Assembly: GCA_964473825.1 (NCBI GenBank)
Contig: CAYYQL010000002.1
Location: forward strand, 1-64,000
Length of the DNA stretch: 64,000 nt
From: an uncultured archaeon
GTDB taxonomy: Archaea; Asgardarchaeota; Thorarchaeia; Thorarchaeales; Thorarchaeaceae
Direction: 5' to 3'
A program made the translations under genes and the position numbers. Every line of letters starts with the position of its first letter. The stretch's first letter is position 1. Below the pieces are notes generated by a model that was not told the DNA's origin, made no database searches, and saw nothing but the letters and a program-made list of their open reading frames with translations. Shown one piece after another: positions 9,184-19,702 of the stretch.

Positions 9184-12100
9184 TTGGTTCACATAGAGAA
9201 GCTGGTATGCAAGGGCTTCAAGAGTTTCGGACGAGATACCGTCACAATAAAGTTCAGCAAGGGGTTTACATGCATCGTTGGGCCAAATGGTTCGGGAAAA
9301 TCAAACGTCATTGATGCCATCCTTTTCGTACTCGGACAGCTTAGCGCAAAGACCCTTCGAGCGAATGTGTTCTCGGATCTCCTCTATTCGCCGCCCAAGC
9401 CGGATATGCCGCCTAAAGCCAGCAAAGCATCGGTTGAGCTCTATTTCAACAACAAAGACCGCAAGTTACAGATTGAGTCTGATAGAGTAGTGATAGAGAG
9501 AGAGCTTGATGAATCAGGAACTTCAACATGTAGAATCAACGGAAAGAATGTAACACGTTCCACGGTGCTGGACATTCTTGGTGGAATCGGCGTAGACCCA
9601 AATGGGTACAATCTTGTGCTCCAAGGGGAAATCGCTCAGATGGTCCAAGTCAGTCCTAATGACCGACGAAAACTCGTTGAAGAGATAGCTGGAATCTCAG
9701 CCTATGACGAGCAGAAGGAGCGAGCAATGAAGAAGCTGGCGGAGAGTGAGGCGAATCTATCAAGAGTGGAAACCCAGCTTCAGGAGAGAAGAAGGCAGCT
9801 TGAGAAATTAGAATATGAGAGAACCGATGCCCTCCGCCATCAGAATATGAGAGAGCAGATTCAGGATATTCAGATCGATAACCTTGCTTGGACCATAGTC
9901 AAGTCAAGTACGAGAATTGATACAATCAATGAAACGCTTGCAGAAAGAGCAGAAGAAGCGGAGAAACTCAACAGAGAACTCGTAGAGGTTGAACAAGAAA
10001 TAGAGAATGCAGAATCTGAAATCGACAGTATTGATAGCCAGATAGATCAGATCACGGGAGGGGATTCTGCAAGGATTTCTGAGCAGTATGGTATTATCTC
10101 TGCAGCAGTAGATCACATCCGAAACGACTTGGAGAGAGCCGAAGATACATTCAAGGAGAAGCGAGATGAACGCCAGTCATTGAAGGAACAACTCGAGGCC
10201 GTGCAGCAAGAACTGGAAGTGGCTGATAATCAGGTCAAATCAAAGCGAAAGGAACTAGAATCTCTGAATATCGAGATCGACAGGACAACTGACCAGATAG
10301 GAGCCCTCGAGGAGAGCCTCAACCGTGAACAAGAGAGTTACTATGAAACACAGCAAAAGCTTCAGGACCTCAACAATCAGATGGTATCTCTTGACGAGGC
10401 CGTATCTGATGTGCGTTCAGCAATAAAGTCTCACGACCGAGAGTTAGGTTTGGCCTATGAGGAGCTTCGAGATGCAACCGAAGGCCTCGAACGCACAAGA
10501 GCCGAGCTTCAGGAACTACAAGAAACGGTTCCAACAAAGAGAGAAAATCTGAAAGAATCTGAGAAGAAAGAAGAGAAGAAACAGAAAGAACTGGATACTG
10601 TGAATGCACAGCTGGAGACTGTTGATGCAGAGGTCAGCGAAGCTGCGAGTGTGTTGAGTTCCACCAGAGAAGAGCTCATCAAGTTTCAGGCCAGACAAGA
10701 TGCCCTCAAGGAGGCTGAAGAGGCCTTTCTGAAAAGAAAGATAGCTGTGGCACGAGTACTGGAATTGCGTGACAATGATATCATCGAAGGAGTCCACGGC
10801 ACCGTTGCAGAGCTTGGCACAATAGATCCCGACTATGCAATCGCCATGGAGATTGCAGGTGGAAGCAGGCTGACCTATGTGGTGGTTGAAGATGAAGAGG
10901 TTGCCACCAAATGCGTGAACATCTTGAAACGGGAAAGGGTCGGACGCGCGTCCTTCATCCCGCTTGACAAGATTCGCACAAGAAGTCCCGGCAGAACACC
11001 GGATGAGGTTGGTGTCATTGGCTACGCAATAGACCTGGTAAGCTTCGATCCGAAGTTCCAAGCTGCATTTGAGTTCACATTTTCTGATACTATAGTCACG
11101 GAAGATTTTGAATCAGCAAAACGGCTTGGTTTCAAGGGCAAACGAGCAGTGACCCTTGATGGGGACCTAGTGGAGAGATCAGGGCTCATAACAGGGGGAC
11201 ACTATACCAGGGGAGGATCAGGGCTCACCCTTCAACTTGAGGATAGAAGTCCTGAGATTGTTGAGAAGCTTCAGGGCCTAGAGAGAATCCATGCGAATCT
11301 AAGGAAGAAACAGGACGACCTCAGAGAGAGGAAGAAGGAACTAGGTCTAGAAATCCAAGATCTTTCGAAGAACAATTACCGTAAGAGAATCGAGCTGGAA
11401 AGAGATGAGGAGAACCTTCAAGAGAAAACAGCTCGGGAAGAGGCACTCCAAGAGGTCATCCAGAAGTCCGAAGTTTCCATTGAAGCATTTGAACAGCAGA
11501 TTGCGGAGCTAAGAGAGAGAGATCAAGAACTCTCGGCACATCGGGAACATATCAGAAAACAGAGAGATAGCTGTAACGAGATGCTTGCGAAGTCAGATGC
11601 TTCGAAAATCACGCAAGATATGAAGGATCTGAAAGAAGTCCTTGAGCACATGAGGCGAAAGAGAGACCGGCTTCATAGTGAAGTGACTGGCCTTGAAGTG
11701 GCAATCGACGAACGTCTTGGGCCAAAGAGTGTTGAGCTGGAGATGCGATTGCAGGCCCTTGCTGCGGTAATTCCTGAACTGAAGGAAGAGACCGAAAATC
11801 TAAGCACGAAACTCTCTGATAAAGAAGAAGAGATGCTGGATCTGAGGTCTGAGAGAGAAAGGATTGAAGATGCGGTAAAAGACAAGAGGGTCAGACAGGT
11901 CAGACTGAAAGAAGACCTACGTAATCTCCGATTGAGGCATGAGGAGATTAGAGAGGAGCAGACGAACAATGAGAAGGCAGTCTATCGCCTCCAGACTGAG
12001 CAGTCAAGATTGGAGGAGGACATAGTTGCCCTCAGAGCGGAGTTAGACAATCTCTCTGAAGTGGATGAGGAGCTTGAAGCGAGAAAAGAGAAAGAAGAAC

Positions 12101-12774
12101 TCACCTATAGAGAAATAGAAGACCTAGAGGAGAAAATCAAAGAGCTGGAGCGAGAGCTGGAGGCGATGGGAGCTGTAAATCTCAAAGCTCTGACAGACTA
12201 TGATGTTGAGAAAGAGAGATACGAAGAGATAGTTGATAAGAAGACTACCCTAGAGCGCGAGCATAAAGAAATACTGGAGTTCATGGAGGAACTGGAGAGG
12301 GAGAAGACACGTAAGTTTCTGCAGGTCTATAATGAGATTGCAGACAATTTTGCAAAGGTTTTTGCGAGACTGTCCCCAGGGGGCGAGGCAAATCTCATGC
12401 TTGAAAATCCTGAGCATCCGTTGATGGGAGGGATAACTGTACGTTCTAAACCACAAGGAAAGGACTTGGTGTCTCTCGAGGCTATGAGTGGAGGAGAAAA
12501 GACTCTGACCGGTCTAGCGCTGATCTTCGCAGTACAGATGTATAACCCTGCCAGTTTCTATGTCTTCGATGAAATTGATGCCGCTTTGGATGATGTCAAT
12601 GCACACAATGTTGCATTGCTGATATCAGACATGGCCAAAGAGTCACAGTTTGTTGTGGTCTCATTGAGAGATGTGACGGTCAGAAAGGCAGATTTGCTCG
12701 TTGGTGTTTCTAATCAAGATGGCATCTCTCGGATTGTAGCAGTTGATTTGGAGGAGGTTGCGGGGACTGCATGA
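9184..12774 (+). CDS. smc: chromosome segregation protein SMC
   Basis: GFKSF, GPNGSGKSN, coiled coils, hinge (GVHGTVAELG, GRASFIPL), MSGGEK, FDEIDAALD. Confidence 0.98.
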   Translation: MVHIEKLVCKGFKSFGRDTVTIKFSKGFTCIVGPNGSGKSNVIDAILFVLGQLSAKTLRANVFSDLLYSPPKPDMPPKASKASVELYFNNKDRKLQIESDRVVIERELDESGTSTCRINGKNVTRSTVLDILGGIGVDPNGYNLVLQGEIAQMVQVSPNDRRKLVEEIAGISAYDEQKERAMKKLAESEANLSRVETQLQERRRQLEKLEYERTDALRHQNMREQIQDIQIDNLAWTIVKSSTRIDTINETLAERAEEAEKLNRELVEVEQEIENAESEIDSIDSQIDQITGGDSARISEQYGIISAAVDHIRNDLERAEDTFKEKRDERQSLKEQLEAVQQELEVADNQVKSKRKELESLNIEIDRTTDQIGALEESLNREQESYYETQQKLQDLNNQMVSLDEAVSDVRSAIKSHDRELGLAYEELRDATEGLERTRAELQELQETVPTKRENLKESEKKEEKKQKELDTVNAQLETVDAEVSEAASVLSSTREELIKFQARQDALKEAEEAFLKRKIAVARVLELRDNDIIEGVHGTVAELGTIDPDYAIAMEIAGGSRLTYVVVEDEEVATKCVNILKRERVGRASFIPLDKIRTRSPGRTPDEVGVIGYAIDLVSFDPKFQAAFEFTFSDTIVTEDFESAKRLGFKGKRAVTLDGDLVERSGLITGGHYTRGGSGLTLQLEDRSPEIVEKLQGLERIHANLRKKQDDLRERKKELGLEIQDLSKNNYRKRIELERDEENLQEKTAREEALQEVIQKSEVSIEAFEQQIAELRERDQELSAHREHIRKQRDSCNEMLAKSDASKITQDMKDLKEVLEHMRRKRDRLHSEVTGLEVAIDERLGPKSVELEMRLQALAAVIPELKEETENLSTKLSDKEEEMLDLRSERERIEDAVKDKRVRQVRLKEDLRNLRLRHEEIREEQTNNEKAVYRLQTEQSRLEEDIVALRAELDNLSEVDEELEARKEKEELTYREIEDLEEKIKELERELEAMGAVNLKALTDYDVEKERYEEIVDKKTTLEREHKEILEFMEELEREKTRKFLQVYNEIADNFAKVFARLSPGGEANLMLENPEHPLMGGITVRSKPQGKDLVSLEAMSGGEKTLTGLALIFAVQMYNPASFYVFDEIDAALDDVNAHNVALLISDMAKESQFVVVSLRDVTVRKADLLVGVSNQDGISRIVAVDLEEVAGTA

Positions 12775-13487
12775 GTGATGATGAGAATCCTTTTTGGATT
12801 ACACCACCATACATACTCCTCACTGACGTGCTCCAGCTTGATAAGGTCGAGCCTTGGAATATTGATGTGGGCAAACTAGTGGCTGGTTTCCTGCAAGAAA
12901 TGAAAAGGTTAGGTAACATTGATTTCAGAGTGTCAGGCAATGCACTCTATTCTGCTTCAGTTATTTTCATGAAGAAGACACGAGACCTTGTAGATCTTGG
13001 CCTGTTGCCCGATGATGACGAGGATAGTGACGAGGACATAGAGATTCCACTTATTCGACCTCCATTTCGCCTGACAAACAGACGGGTCACAATCCAAGAG
13101 CTTCTTCTTGCAATGGATAAGATGTTGAAGAAAGGAATCCGACGGCGGCCACCCCCCAAGAAGAGGAGGACGAAAGACGAACTTGACCCGATATCCTTCC
13201 AGATGGATGTTACAAGGGCAGATGTCGAGGAGACCATTGGAGAAGTATATTCTGATCTCAGGAAGATCGTGGATGTTGGTGATACTGTAAGATTCCAAGA
13301 CATCCTTGTGAACAACACTCGACGGGAAATTGTACGAGTGTTCTTTGCAGTATTACATCTCCACGGACGCGCTTTTGTAAATATGTGGATGGATGAAGAG
13401 TGGACAATCTGGATTACAATCAAGGAGCCTCCACAGGTTTCTGAGAGAGAGATAGAGATACTTCAGCAACAGTTACTCGAGGAGTAG
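12771..13487 (+). CDS. scpA: kleisin ScpA
   Basis: VEPWNIDV, DFRVSGNALYSASVIFMKK, C-terminal winged helix; overlaps the smc stop. Confidence 0.9.
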   Translation: MSDDENPFWITPPYILLTDVLQLDKVEPWNIDVGKLVAGFLQEMKRLGNIDFRVSGNALYSASVIFMKKTRDLVDLGLLPDDDEDSDEDIEIPLIRPPFRLTNRRVTIQELLLAMDKMLKKGIRRRPPPKKRRTKDELDPISFQMDVTRADVEETIGEVYSDLRKIVDVGDTVRFQDILVNNTRREIVRVFFAVLHLHGRAFVNMWMDEEWTIWITIKEPPQVSEREIEILQQQLLEE

Positions 13488-14048
13488 GTGCGGATATTGG
13501 ATGACGATATGCTAACACTGGAAGCAGCACTATACGCAGCAGGACGCGCGCTTACCATCGAAGAACTGTCGGAATTGATTGGGAAGGCAGAATCAACGAC
13601 TGAGAAACTCCTGAAAGACTTAGAGTTTGAATATCACAAGAGAGGGGGAGCACTAGAGGTTGTCCAGCTCCCACGTGACCGCTATGTGATGCAACTCAGG
13701 CCAGAGCTTACCCCAAGAGTGGGCAGACTGATTCCGGGAGGTTTGCTGTCTTTTGCAACCCTCCAGACTCTGGTATTCATCGCATTGAAACAGCCGATAC
13801 TCCAGTCAGACTTGGTGGCCCACAGGGGCACACACGTGTACGAATATGTCAAGGAGCTGGAAGAGAAAAAGTTCATCCGTAGCGAACCTGAGGGAAGGAC
13901 AAAGATGTTAAGGACCACCCAGTTGTTCTCTGACTACTTTGGGTTAGACCGTGACAAAGTCAAGATGAAAGCACAGTTGAAACACAAGATGAAGCGGATT
14001 CTGGAGGAGCAACGCGAGGTCGAAGATGACAATCAGACTAGGTTCTAG
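13488..14048 (+). CDS. scpB: SMC-Scp complex subunit ScpB
   Basis: LEAALYAAG, LQTLVFIALKQPI, TTQLFSDYFGL. Confidence 0.93.
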   Translation: MRILDDDMLTLEAALYAAGRALTIEELSELIGKAESTTEKLLKDLEFEYHKRGGALEVVQLPRDRYVMQLRPELTPRVGRLIPGGLLSFATLQTLVFIALKQPILQSDLVAHRGTHVYEYVKELEEKKFIRSEPEGRTKMLRTTQLFSDYFGLDRDKVKMKAQLKHKMKRILEEQREVEDDNQTRF

Positions 14049-15058
14049 CAGACGCGCGGGACAGGTTCCCCGTAGGGTACCTGTATTATCTTCCTTCCGC
14101 CGATGCCAGTCTTCATAATCACTCGCCCTTTTCCCTTCGAAACTGTGCCAATCACCTTAGCCTGTGCTGTCGATTCGTGTTTCTTTAGTGCATCAATTAT
14201 CTCGTCGGCCTTTGAGAATTCAACTGACATGACGACTGTTCCCTCACAGCTCATATGGAGGGGATCGAGACCGAGTATGCCACACAACGACTTGACCTCT
14301 GGCCGGATGGGGAGACTTCGCTCATCGATCTCAATTTCAACTCTAGATTTAGCAGCAATTTCATTGAGGGCAACAGCCGTCCCACCACGGGTCGGATCTT
14401 TCATTGCGTTGATGCCACCAATGTCCAGACAATCTCTGATGGGGGACCATAATGCCGCCACATCGCTAATCAGGCTCGTGTCAAAATCCAGGCCTTCCCG
14501 ATGCGCTAGTAGTGTGGTTCCATGGTCGCCAACCGGTCCTGTGACAATCAATGCGTCATCGTCCTGTGCGCCACTGTCAGTGACTGCACGGTCACCATAC
14601 ACCACTCCTATACCCGAGGTGGACATGACCAGCTGGTCAATGGTGCCTCTTGGCATGACTTTCGTGTCGCCTGCAATCATGGCTACTTCAAGGGAGTTGA
14701 TTACGTCATTAAGTGATTCGAGAACCAACTTCAGAGTATCAATCTCAAAGCCTTCTTCCACTATGACAGTATTGGTCATTGCTATTGGCCTTGCGCCCAT
14801 AACAGCAATGTCATTGATTGTCCCACAGGCGGTGAGTTTCCCAATGTTGCCACCCGGGAAAAAGAGGGGCTGAACTGTGTGGGCATCGGTACATACAACT
14901 AGTTCCTTCCCATTTATCCTAAGAGTTGCACCATCATCCATCTCATCCAAGCCGATATCACCTGCATGTCGGCGACTGAACGACGGGATTATGACCTCTT
15001 CCAGCAGGCGCTGCATAATCTTCCCGCCGGCACCATGGGAAGTCTCTATCTTCGTCAT
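14045..15058 (-). CDS. hypE: hydrogenase maturation carbamoyl dehydratase HypE
   Basis: HGAGG, PLFFPGGNIGKL, AMKDPTRGG, C-terminal PRVC; start trimmed to MTKIE. Confidence 0.95.
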   Translation of the reverse strand: MTKIETSHGAGGKIMQRLLEEVIIPSFSRRHAGDIGLDEMDDGATLRINGKELVVCTDAHTVQPLFFPGGNIGKLTACGTINDIAVMGARPIAMTNTVIVEEGFEIDTLKLVLESLNDVINSLEVAMIAGDTKVMPRGTIDQLVMSTSGIGVVYGDRAVTDSGAQDDDALIVTGPVGDHGTTLLAHREGLDFDTSLISDVAALWSPIRDCLDIGGINAMKDPTRGGTAVALNEIAAKSRVEIEIDERSLPIRPEVKSLCGILGLDPLHMSCEGTVVMSVEFSKADEIIDALKKHESTAQAKVIGTVSKGKGRVIMKTGIGGRKIIQVPYGEPVPRVC

Positions 15059-15207
15059 GCGTTCTTCACGTACCTGATGGCCCATCAACATCCAAAGATG
15101 TATTTGAAGAGGTCGATATATGCGGTCTGGGTATTCATCGTCACTAAGCAAAGTTTAAAACAACCTCTAGATGTGCGTGATTGAACCCAACCAAGAGGTA
15201 GTCAGAA

Positions 15208-15585
15208 ATGGGTGTATGGCATAGAAGATCTAGACGCACATCCACAGGCGCGCGACTCAGAAAATTCAGAGGTAAGAGAAAATACGAGCAGGGTCGCACA
15301 CCAACTGAGACCGTAGTGGGTAAGACCAAGCGTAGGACAGTCGACAGCAAAGGCACCTATAAGAAGATGCCCGCCCTTAAGGTCAAGATGATCAACGTTA
15401 CTGACCCAGAGAAGAATGAGACCTACCGTGTAGAGATTGAAGATGTAGAGAAGAACCCAGCCAATATGGACTATCAGAGAAGAAAAGTCATTACGCGGGG
15501 CACAATCATCAAGACCTCGAAAGGGCGTGCAAGAGTCACTAGCCGCCCCGGCCAGACGGGTATTATGAACGCAGTTCTTGTCTAG
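15208..15585 (+). CDS. rps8e: 30S ribosomal protein S8e
   Basis: MGVWHRRSRRTSTGAR, ITRGTII, ARVTSRPGQTG. Confidence 0.97.
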   Translation: MGVWHRRSRRTSTGARLRKFRGKRKYEQGRTPTETVVGKTKRRTVDSKGTYKKMPALKVKMINVTDPEKNETYRVEIEDVEKNPANMDYQRRKVITRGTIIKTSKGRARVTSRPGQTGIMNAVLV

Positions 15586-15614
15586 CTGATTGATGTGCGA
15601 CAGCATGTCATACC

Positions 15615-16004
15615 TTATCTGTTTGAGTCAATCTCGGCCTCGATGTTTGTTATGAAAAACTCCTTTCCTCCCACTATCTTAGTAGAACTGCCTCCACATC
15701 TCGGGCACTTCAGAGGGGCAAAGACTGCAATCTCTGGGGGAAGCTCATGAGCAGACTCTGATTCTCCCTCAAAACCGCAATCATCACACTCCAGAGTCCC
15801 TCGAACCTTGGTGATGTTCAGCTTGGCATCTTCGAGAATTGTATCTTTGGCTGCAATCTCAAAGTTGAACTCCAGTTGTTCAGGAACCAAGAAAGTGAAC
15901 TCGCCAACTTCAATATTTACTGCGTTTACTTTCGTTGCGCTGTGTTCGCGTGCGGCTTGAAGAGCAGTTTCTACTATCGAGCAGGCGGCCGAGAATTCAT
16001 GCAC
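15615..16004 (-). CDS. hypA: hydrogenase nickel metallochaperone HypA
   Basis: MHEFS start, CDDC...CPRCGG, GGKEF. Confidence 0.95.
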   Translation of the reverse strand: MHEFSAACSIVETALQAAREHSATKVNAVNIEVGEFTFLVPEQLEFNFEIAAKDTILEDAKLNITKVRGTLECDDCGFEGESESAHELPPEIAVFAPLKCPRCGGSSTKIVGGKEFFITNIEAEIDSNR

Positions 16005-16187
16005 TTGTATACACTCTGACTTTATCGTCGCAGGTCTATGCTTTTCTCTTTTCGTCTAGGGCATCAAGCATCTAGATGATGAGGGCATATCACTTGGGGA
16101 AAAGATGGAGCCGGTCACTTTTTCCGTTCTCGTTCACCTTATATAACAATCAGATTTTCGATGATAACAAGGAGAAACAGAAGAACG

Positions 16188-16724
16188 ATGGGTTCGGATC
16201 AAGATAGGGATGAATTGACTAAGAAGGTCAGAGATTTAGACCTTGATTATATGCGTGGTCTGATAAGCGAGAATGACTATAAGAAGAAAATTGAGGAGTT
16301 GAAGACCAAACTGGCTGAGTTGGGCGGAGGAGAAACAGATATCCCATCTATTTCCATCTCTCTAGAGCAGAAACATGTAGGAACAGGTACATCCCCTACG
16401 AAGAAGGATGCCACTGTTGACCCTGTCACCGCAATCAGAAGAACGATTCAATCCATGAGACGGCTTCCTATTGAGAGAATCGCCCAAGAATCAGGCGTTG
16501 ATGCAATAAATGCCACCAAGATACTGGGTGATCTTCTGGACGGCCGAGAACTCTCAGGCAGAATAGATCATGATTCGGGAGACTTCATCCTTGGAACTGG
16601 AACCGGACCCGCACCAAAGACAATAGCTGCCTGCCCTTATTGCAAGAATAACCTAGAACGAATAGCAGTTCGGGGAGAAACGATAAACTGCCCAGTTTGC
16701 AACGAATCGTTCATTGTATCCTAG
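16188..16724 (+). CDS. SHOCT-like + PCI/winged-helix-like + Zn-ribbon protein
   Basis: GLISENDYKKK; IERIAQESG...LLDGRELSGRIDHDSG; CPYC...CPVC. Confidence 0.6.
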   Translation: MGSDQDRDELTKKVRDLDLDYMRGLISENDYKKKIEELKTKLAELGGGETDIPSISISLEQKHVGTGTSPTKKDATVDPVTAIRRTIQSMRRLPIERIAQESGVDAINATKILGDLLDGRELSGRIDHDSGDFILGTGTGPAPKTIAACPYCKNNLERIAVRGETINCPVCNESFIVS

Positions 16725-16726
16725 GT

Positions 16727-18082
16727 ATGAGCTCGTCGCTCTCTGAAGAGATAAATGAGGCCTGTTCTATTAGGTCTTATATGAGGTCAGCCACATTGAG
16801 TGAGAAGTTGAACTTCTTTCAGGCTTGTATGAAGAACGATGAAAGAACCGCAGCGACCCGAGTAGACCAGATGATATCACGAGCTCAGACACCAGCAGTC
16901 TGGGCGATACTTCTGCATGCTGCAGCTTGGCACGAGGAGCGGACCTATGATACACCTCACGCAACCATACTCGTTAACTCAATTCATGGTATGATTCAGG
17001 ACTGTGGACTTAATCCGAATTTGTTGAGTAGAAGTTCAGGAGAGGCAGCAGTAGTTCTTCCTGATGAGTTCAGAGAGAGTCTTCAGAGATTCCTGATTGA
17101 GCGCCTAGCACTGTATCTGGCTGCAGTAGACCACTGGGACCTTGAAAGAGGACCACAGTATAAGGTCGAGAGGAGAGCAGAATCACCCGATAATGCCCTT
17201 CACTCGTATGTACAGGCGATACGTGAGAAGAATCATGTTGGTGCCCTTCGTTCGGCGGTGGCCTTGACAGCACAGGGTAGCTATACAAGACTGCTGCGCA
17301 TGACAGCAACACTGGGAGCAGAACACCCAGATCGTCTTGGTCATGCGTTCATTCTGCCGGTATCCCTGCTTCATGAGCTACCAAAGGCTCGATTCACAAT
17401 GCCTCACGAGGCAGGACTATGGCACCTCACTGAGTATCTTGTCAGAGAGGTGCCCAATCGAAGACCGAGCGGGTTCGATCCGGAACCTAGTTACGCTGAC
17501 ATGGCGTCCCCTACGTCGGTATCGCAATACAAAGAGCTCTTCAGAAGAGCGACAGTCAACTATGGAATCTTGGGACATAATGCGATATTCGCACATCGAA
17601 TAGCTATTGCTGCTAAGAATGGAACGACGGACTCAGGTACAATTCATTGGCTCATGAAGGAGCTGGAGTATAACACTGATGGAAATCGACTTCAGGATGC
17701 AAATATCTCTGTAGAAACTCTCATTGACCAACAGAACGGTGCTGACTGGGAAGAATCACCCCCTAAGATTCTCTCACCACATAGTGGACCCTTGAGAACG
17801 TGGCTTAACGAAAATATAGGCATCTACTGGAAGAGCATGTTGGACAGAAGAGGAGATGCCTTTGAGAGGAAGATTCCAGACATTGGAAAAGAAGAGTGGA
17901 ACCTTGTCAGAGCTGCCCAATACGCGATGGCCTCGTTGAATGGCATGCCCAATGGGTCACATGTCATAATATTCGCTCATGCAACATGGAATCTGTCCGA
18001 CTTGGAACTCATACCTCAGGAACTGGCAGCACTTCAGACGCATCGTATGCTGCGAGAGAATCTGAAGCGAGGCCAGACATGA
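16727..18082 (+). CDS. hypothetical helical protein with repeated His motifs
   Basis: long ORF directly after the previous gene; PHATIL, GHAFIL, GHNAIFAH, SHVIIFAH. Confidence 0.65.
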   Translation: MSSSLSEEINEACSIRSYMRSATLSEKLNFFQACMKNDERTAATRVDQMISRAQTPAVWAILLHAAAWHEERTYDTPHATILVNSIHGMIQDCGLNPNLLSRSSGEAAVVLPDEFRESLQRFLIERLALYLAAVDHWDLERGPQYKVERRAESPDNALHSYVQAIREKNHVGALRSAVALTAQGSYTRLLRMTATLGAEHPDRLGHAFILPVSLLHELPKARFTMPHEAGLWHLTEYLVREVPNRRPSGFDPEPSYADMASPTSVSQYKELFRRATVNYGILGHNAIFAHRIAIAAKNGTTDSGTIHWLMKELEYNTDGNRLQDANISVETLIDQQNGADWEESPPKILSPHSGPLRTWLNENIGIYWKSMLDRRGDAFERKIPDIGKEEWNLVRAAQYAMASLNGMPNGSHVIIFAHATWNLSDLELIPQELAALQTHRMLRENLKRGQT

Positions 18083-18127
18083 TTCAAAGAAAACCAAGAG
18101 AGGGATTTCTCCCCCTCAGGGGAGGAT

Positions 18128-19696
18128 CTACTTCTTGTCACCTCTTCGGTATGAATCAGCTAGAAGATCAGGAATGTATTTTGTTTCGATAGAGGTCCCC
18201 TTCATGATATCCTTTATCTGAATTGTACAGAATGGGCACTCTGTGGTCACCATATCGGCCCCGGTCTTCTCGATGTATTCCTTCTTAGTGGTGGCAATCT
18301 TCATAGAGAGATCACGCAGTCCGGCACGAACACCACCGCCAGCCCCACAACAACGGTTCTTGTAGGGGTCCTCGATATATTCAACACCAGGAATCATCTT
18401 GAGAAGCTCGATTGGCTGATCAACGACTCCTTGACCTCGACCGAGGTGACATGGTTCGTGATATGTGATTTTCATCCTAATCTCACCTGTCGGTTTCACC
18501 ATGTTCTCCTCGCCTATCACATCGAGAAGATATTCTGCAAGATCATAGACCTTGAATCTCGGAGGCTCTCCTCGCATCTCCTCAACAATGGGACGGTGGT
18601 CCTCACGTAGAGTCTTGCCACAGCCTGCACAAGCAACGACTACCTCATCCAAGTTGTATCTCTCCATCACATCCTCGAATATCTCTGTGACTCGGACAGC
18701 TGCGGTCTTTCCTGTATGTACATCGCCTGTCCTGAAAGCCGGACTGGCACAACACCACTGTTCCTTGGGAACAATCACGTCAACATTGTTCCTGTTTAGC
18801 ACCTCAATAAGAGCTCTACCAGTCTCCTGCATCCGATAGTCAATGAGACAACCCGTGAAGAAGGCCACCCGGCCTTGAGGGTTATCCACAAGAAACTCCT
18901 CGGTCTCAGTACTCTTGAGCAAGGGCGTGTCCTTCTCAGGAACGGATCGTCCAGTCTTGTTTATCTGGTCAATAAAGCCCTGTTGACCTGCTGCAAGGGG
19001 ATAGCCAGCCTCCACGGCCTTCGCCCGTAGTAGCTCCACTGCAAGACTTGGAATCTTGATGTTCTTGGGGCAGATGTCCTCGCACATCTTGCAGGTTGTG
19101 CAGGAATAAACTGCCTCATCAAGCGCCATAGCCACTCGGTCCTCAACATCACGAGGGTCAAGTTGAAGGCGAGCCAGCTGACGAATAATCATGGGACCCG
19201 GATAGTCCCAAGTTTCTGCAACGATGGGACAGTTAGAGAGACATGCGCTGCATTCTATGCATTTCCTGATTTCTCGAAGCTTCTCGATATCTTCTGCTTG
19301 GATGATCTCAGGTCGTTCAGGGGGTTTATCGCGAGCCACATAGGGTCGGATGCGTCGAATCCTGTACGTGACTTGTGCCATGTCGACAACCAGGTCTTTT
19401 ATGATTGGCATCTTGTCGAGGGGTTCTAGTACGACATCCTCGTCAGGATTGACTTTCGTCCGGCAGGATATTCGCGCAGTCCCGTTGACTTTGACTGCAC
19501 AGGATCCACACTGACCACCACGGCATTCCCAACGAAATGCAAGACCCGAATCGTATTTGTCTTGGATATAGAGCAGTGCATCAAGTACTGTCATTCCTGG
19601 CTCGTATTCTACTTCAAAGTCTTGAAAATAGGGACTGTCGTCGACGTCTGGGTTATATCTTTGAACACTTGTCTTGAATGTCTTAGCCATCTTCAA
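18128..19696 (-). CDS. tfrB: thiol:fumarate reductase subunit B (FrdB-like Fe-S domain + HdrD-like CCG domains)
   Basis: CRGGQCGSC, two 4Fe-4S motifs, WCCAS and RCCGAGGG domains. Confidence 0.9.
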   Translation of the reverse strand: MKMAKTFKTSVQRYNPDVDDSPYFQDFEVEYEPGMTVLDALLYIQDKYDSGLAFRWECRGGQCGSCAVKVNGTARISCRTKVNPDEDVVLEPLDKMPIIKDLVVDMAQVTYRIRRIRPYVARDKPPERPEIIQAEDIEKLREIRKCIECSACLSNCPIVAETWDYPGPMIIRQLARLQLDPRDVEDRVAMALDEAVYSCTTCKMCEDICPKNIKIPSLAVELLRAKAVEAGYPLAAGQQGFIDQINKTGRSVPEKDTPLLKSTETEEFLVDNPQGRVAFFTGCLIDYRMQETGRALIEVLNRNNVDVIVPKEQWCCASPAFRTGDVHTGKTAAVRVTEIFEDVMERYNLDEVVVACAGCGKTLREDHRPIVEEMRGEPPRFKVYDLAEYLLDVIGEENMVKPTGEIRMKITYHEPCHLGRGQGVVDQPIELLKMIPGVEYIEDPYKNRCCGAGGGVRAGLRDLSMKIATTKKEYIEKTGADMVTTECPFCTIQIKDIMKGTSIETKYIPDLLADSYRRGDKK

Positions 19697-19702
19697 TTCC
19701 TC

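Noticed and set aside
14103-14873. 256-aa antisense ORF and similar shadow ORFs
   Set aside because: They lie opposite confidently identified genes (hypE, mutS, srp54 and others) and look like codon-bias shadows.
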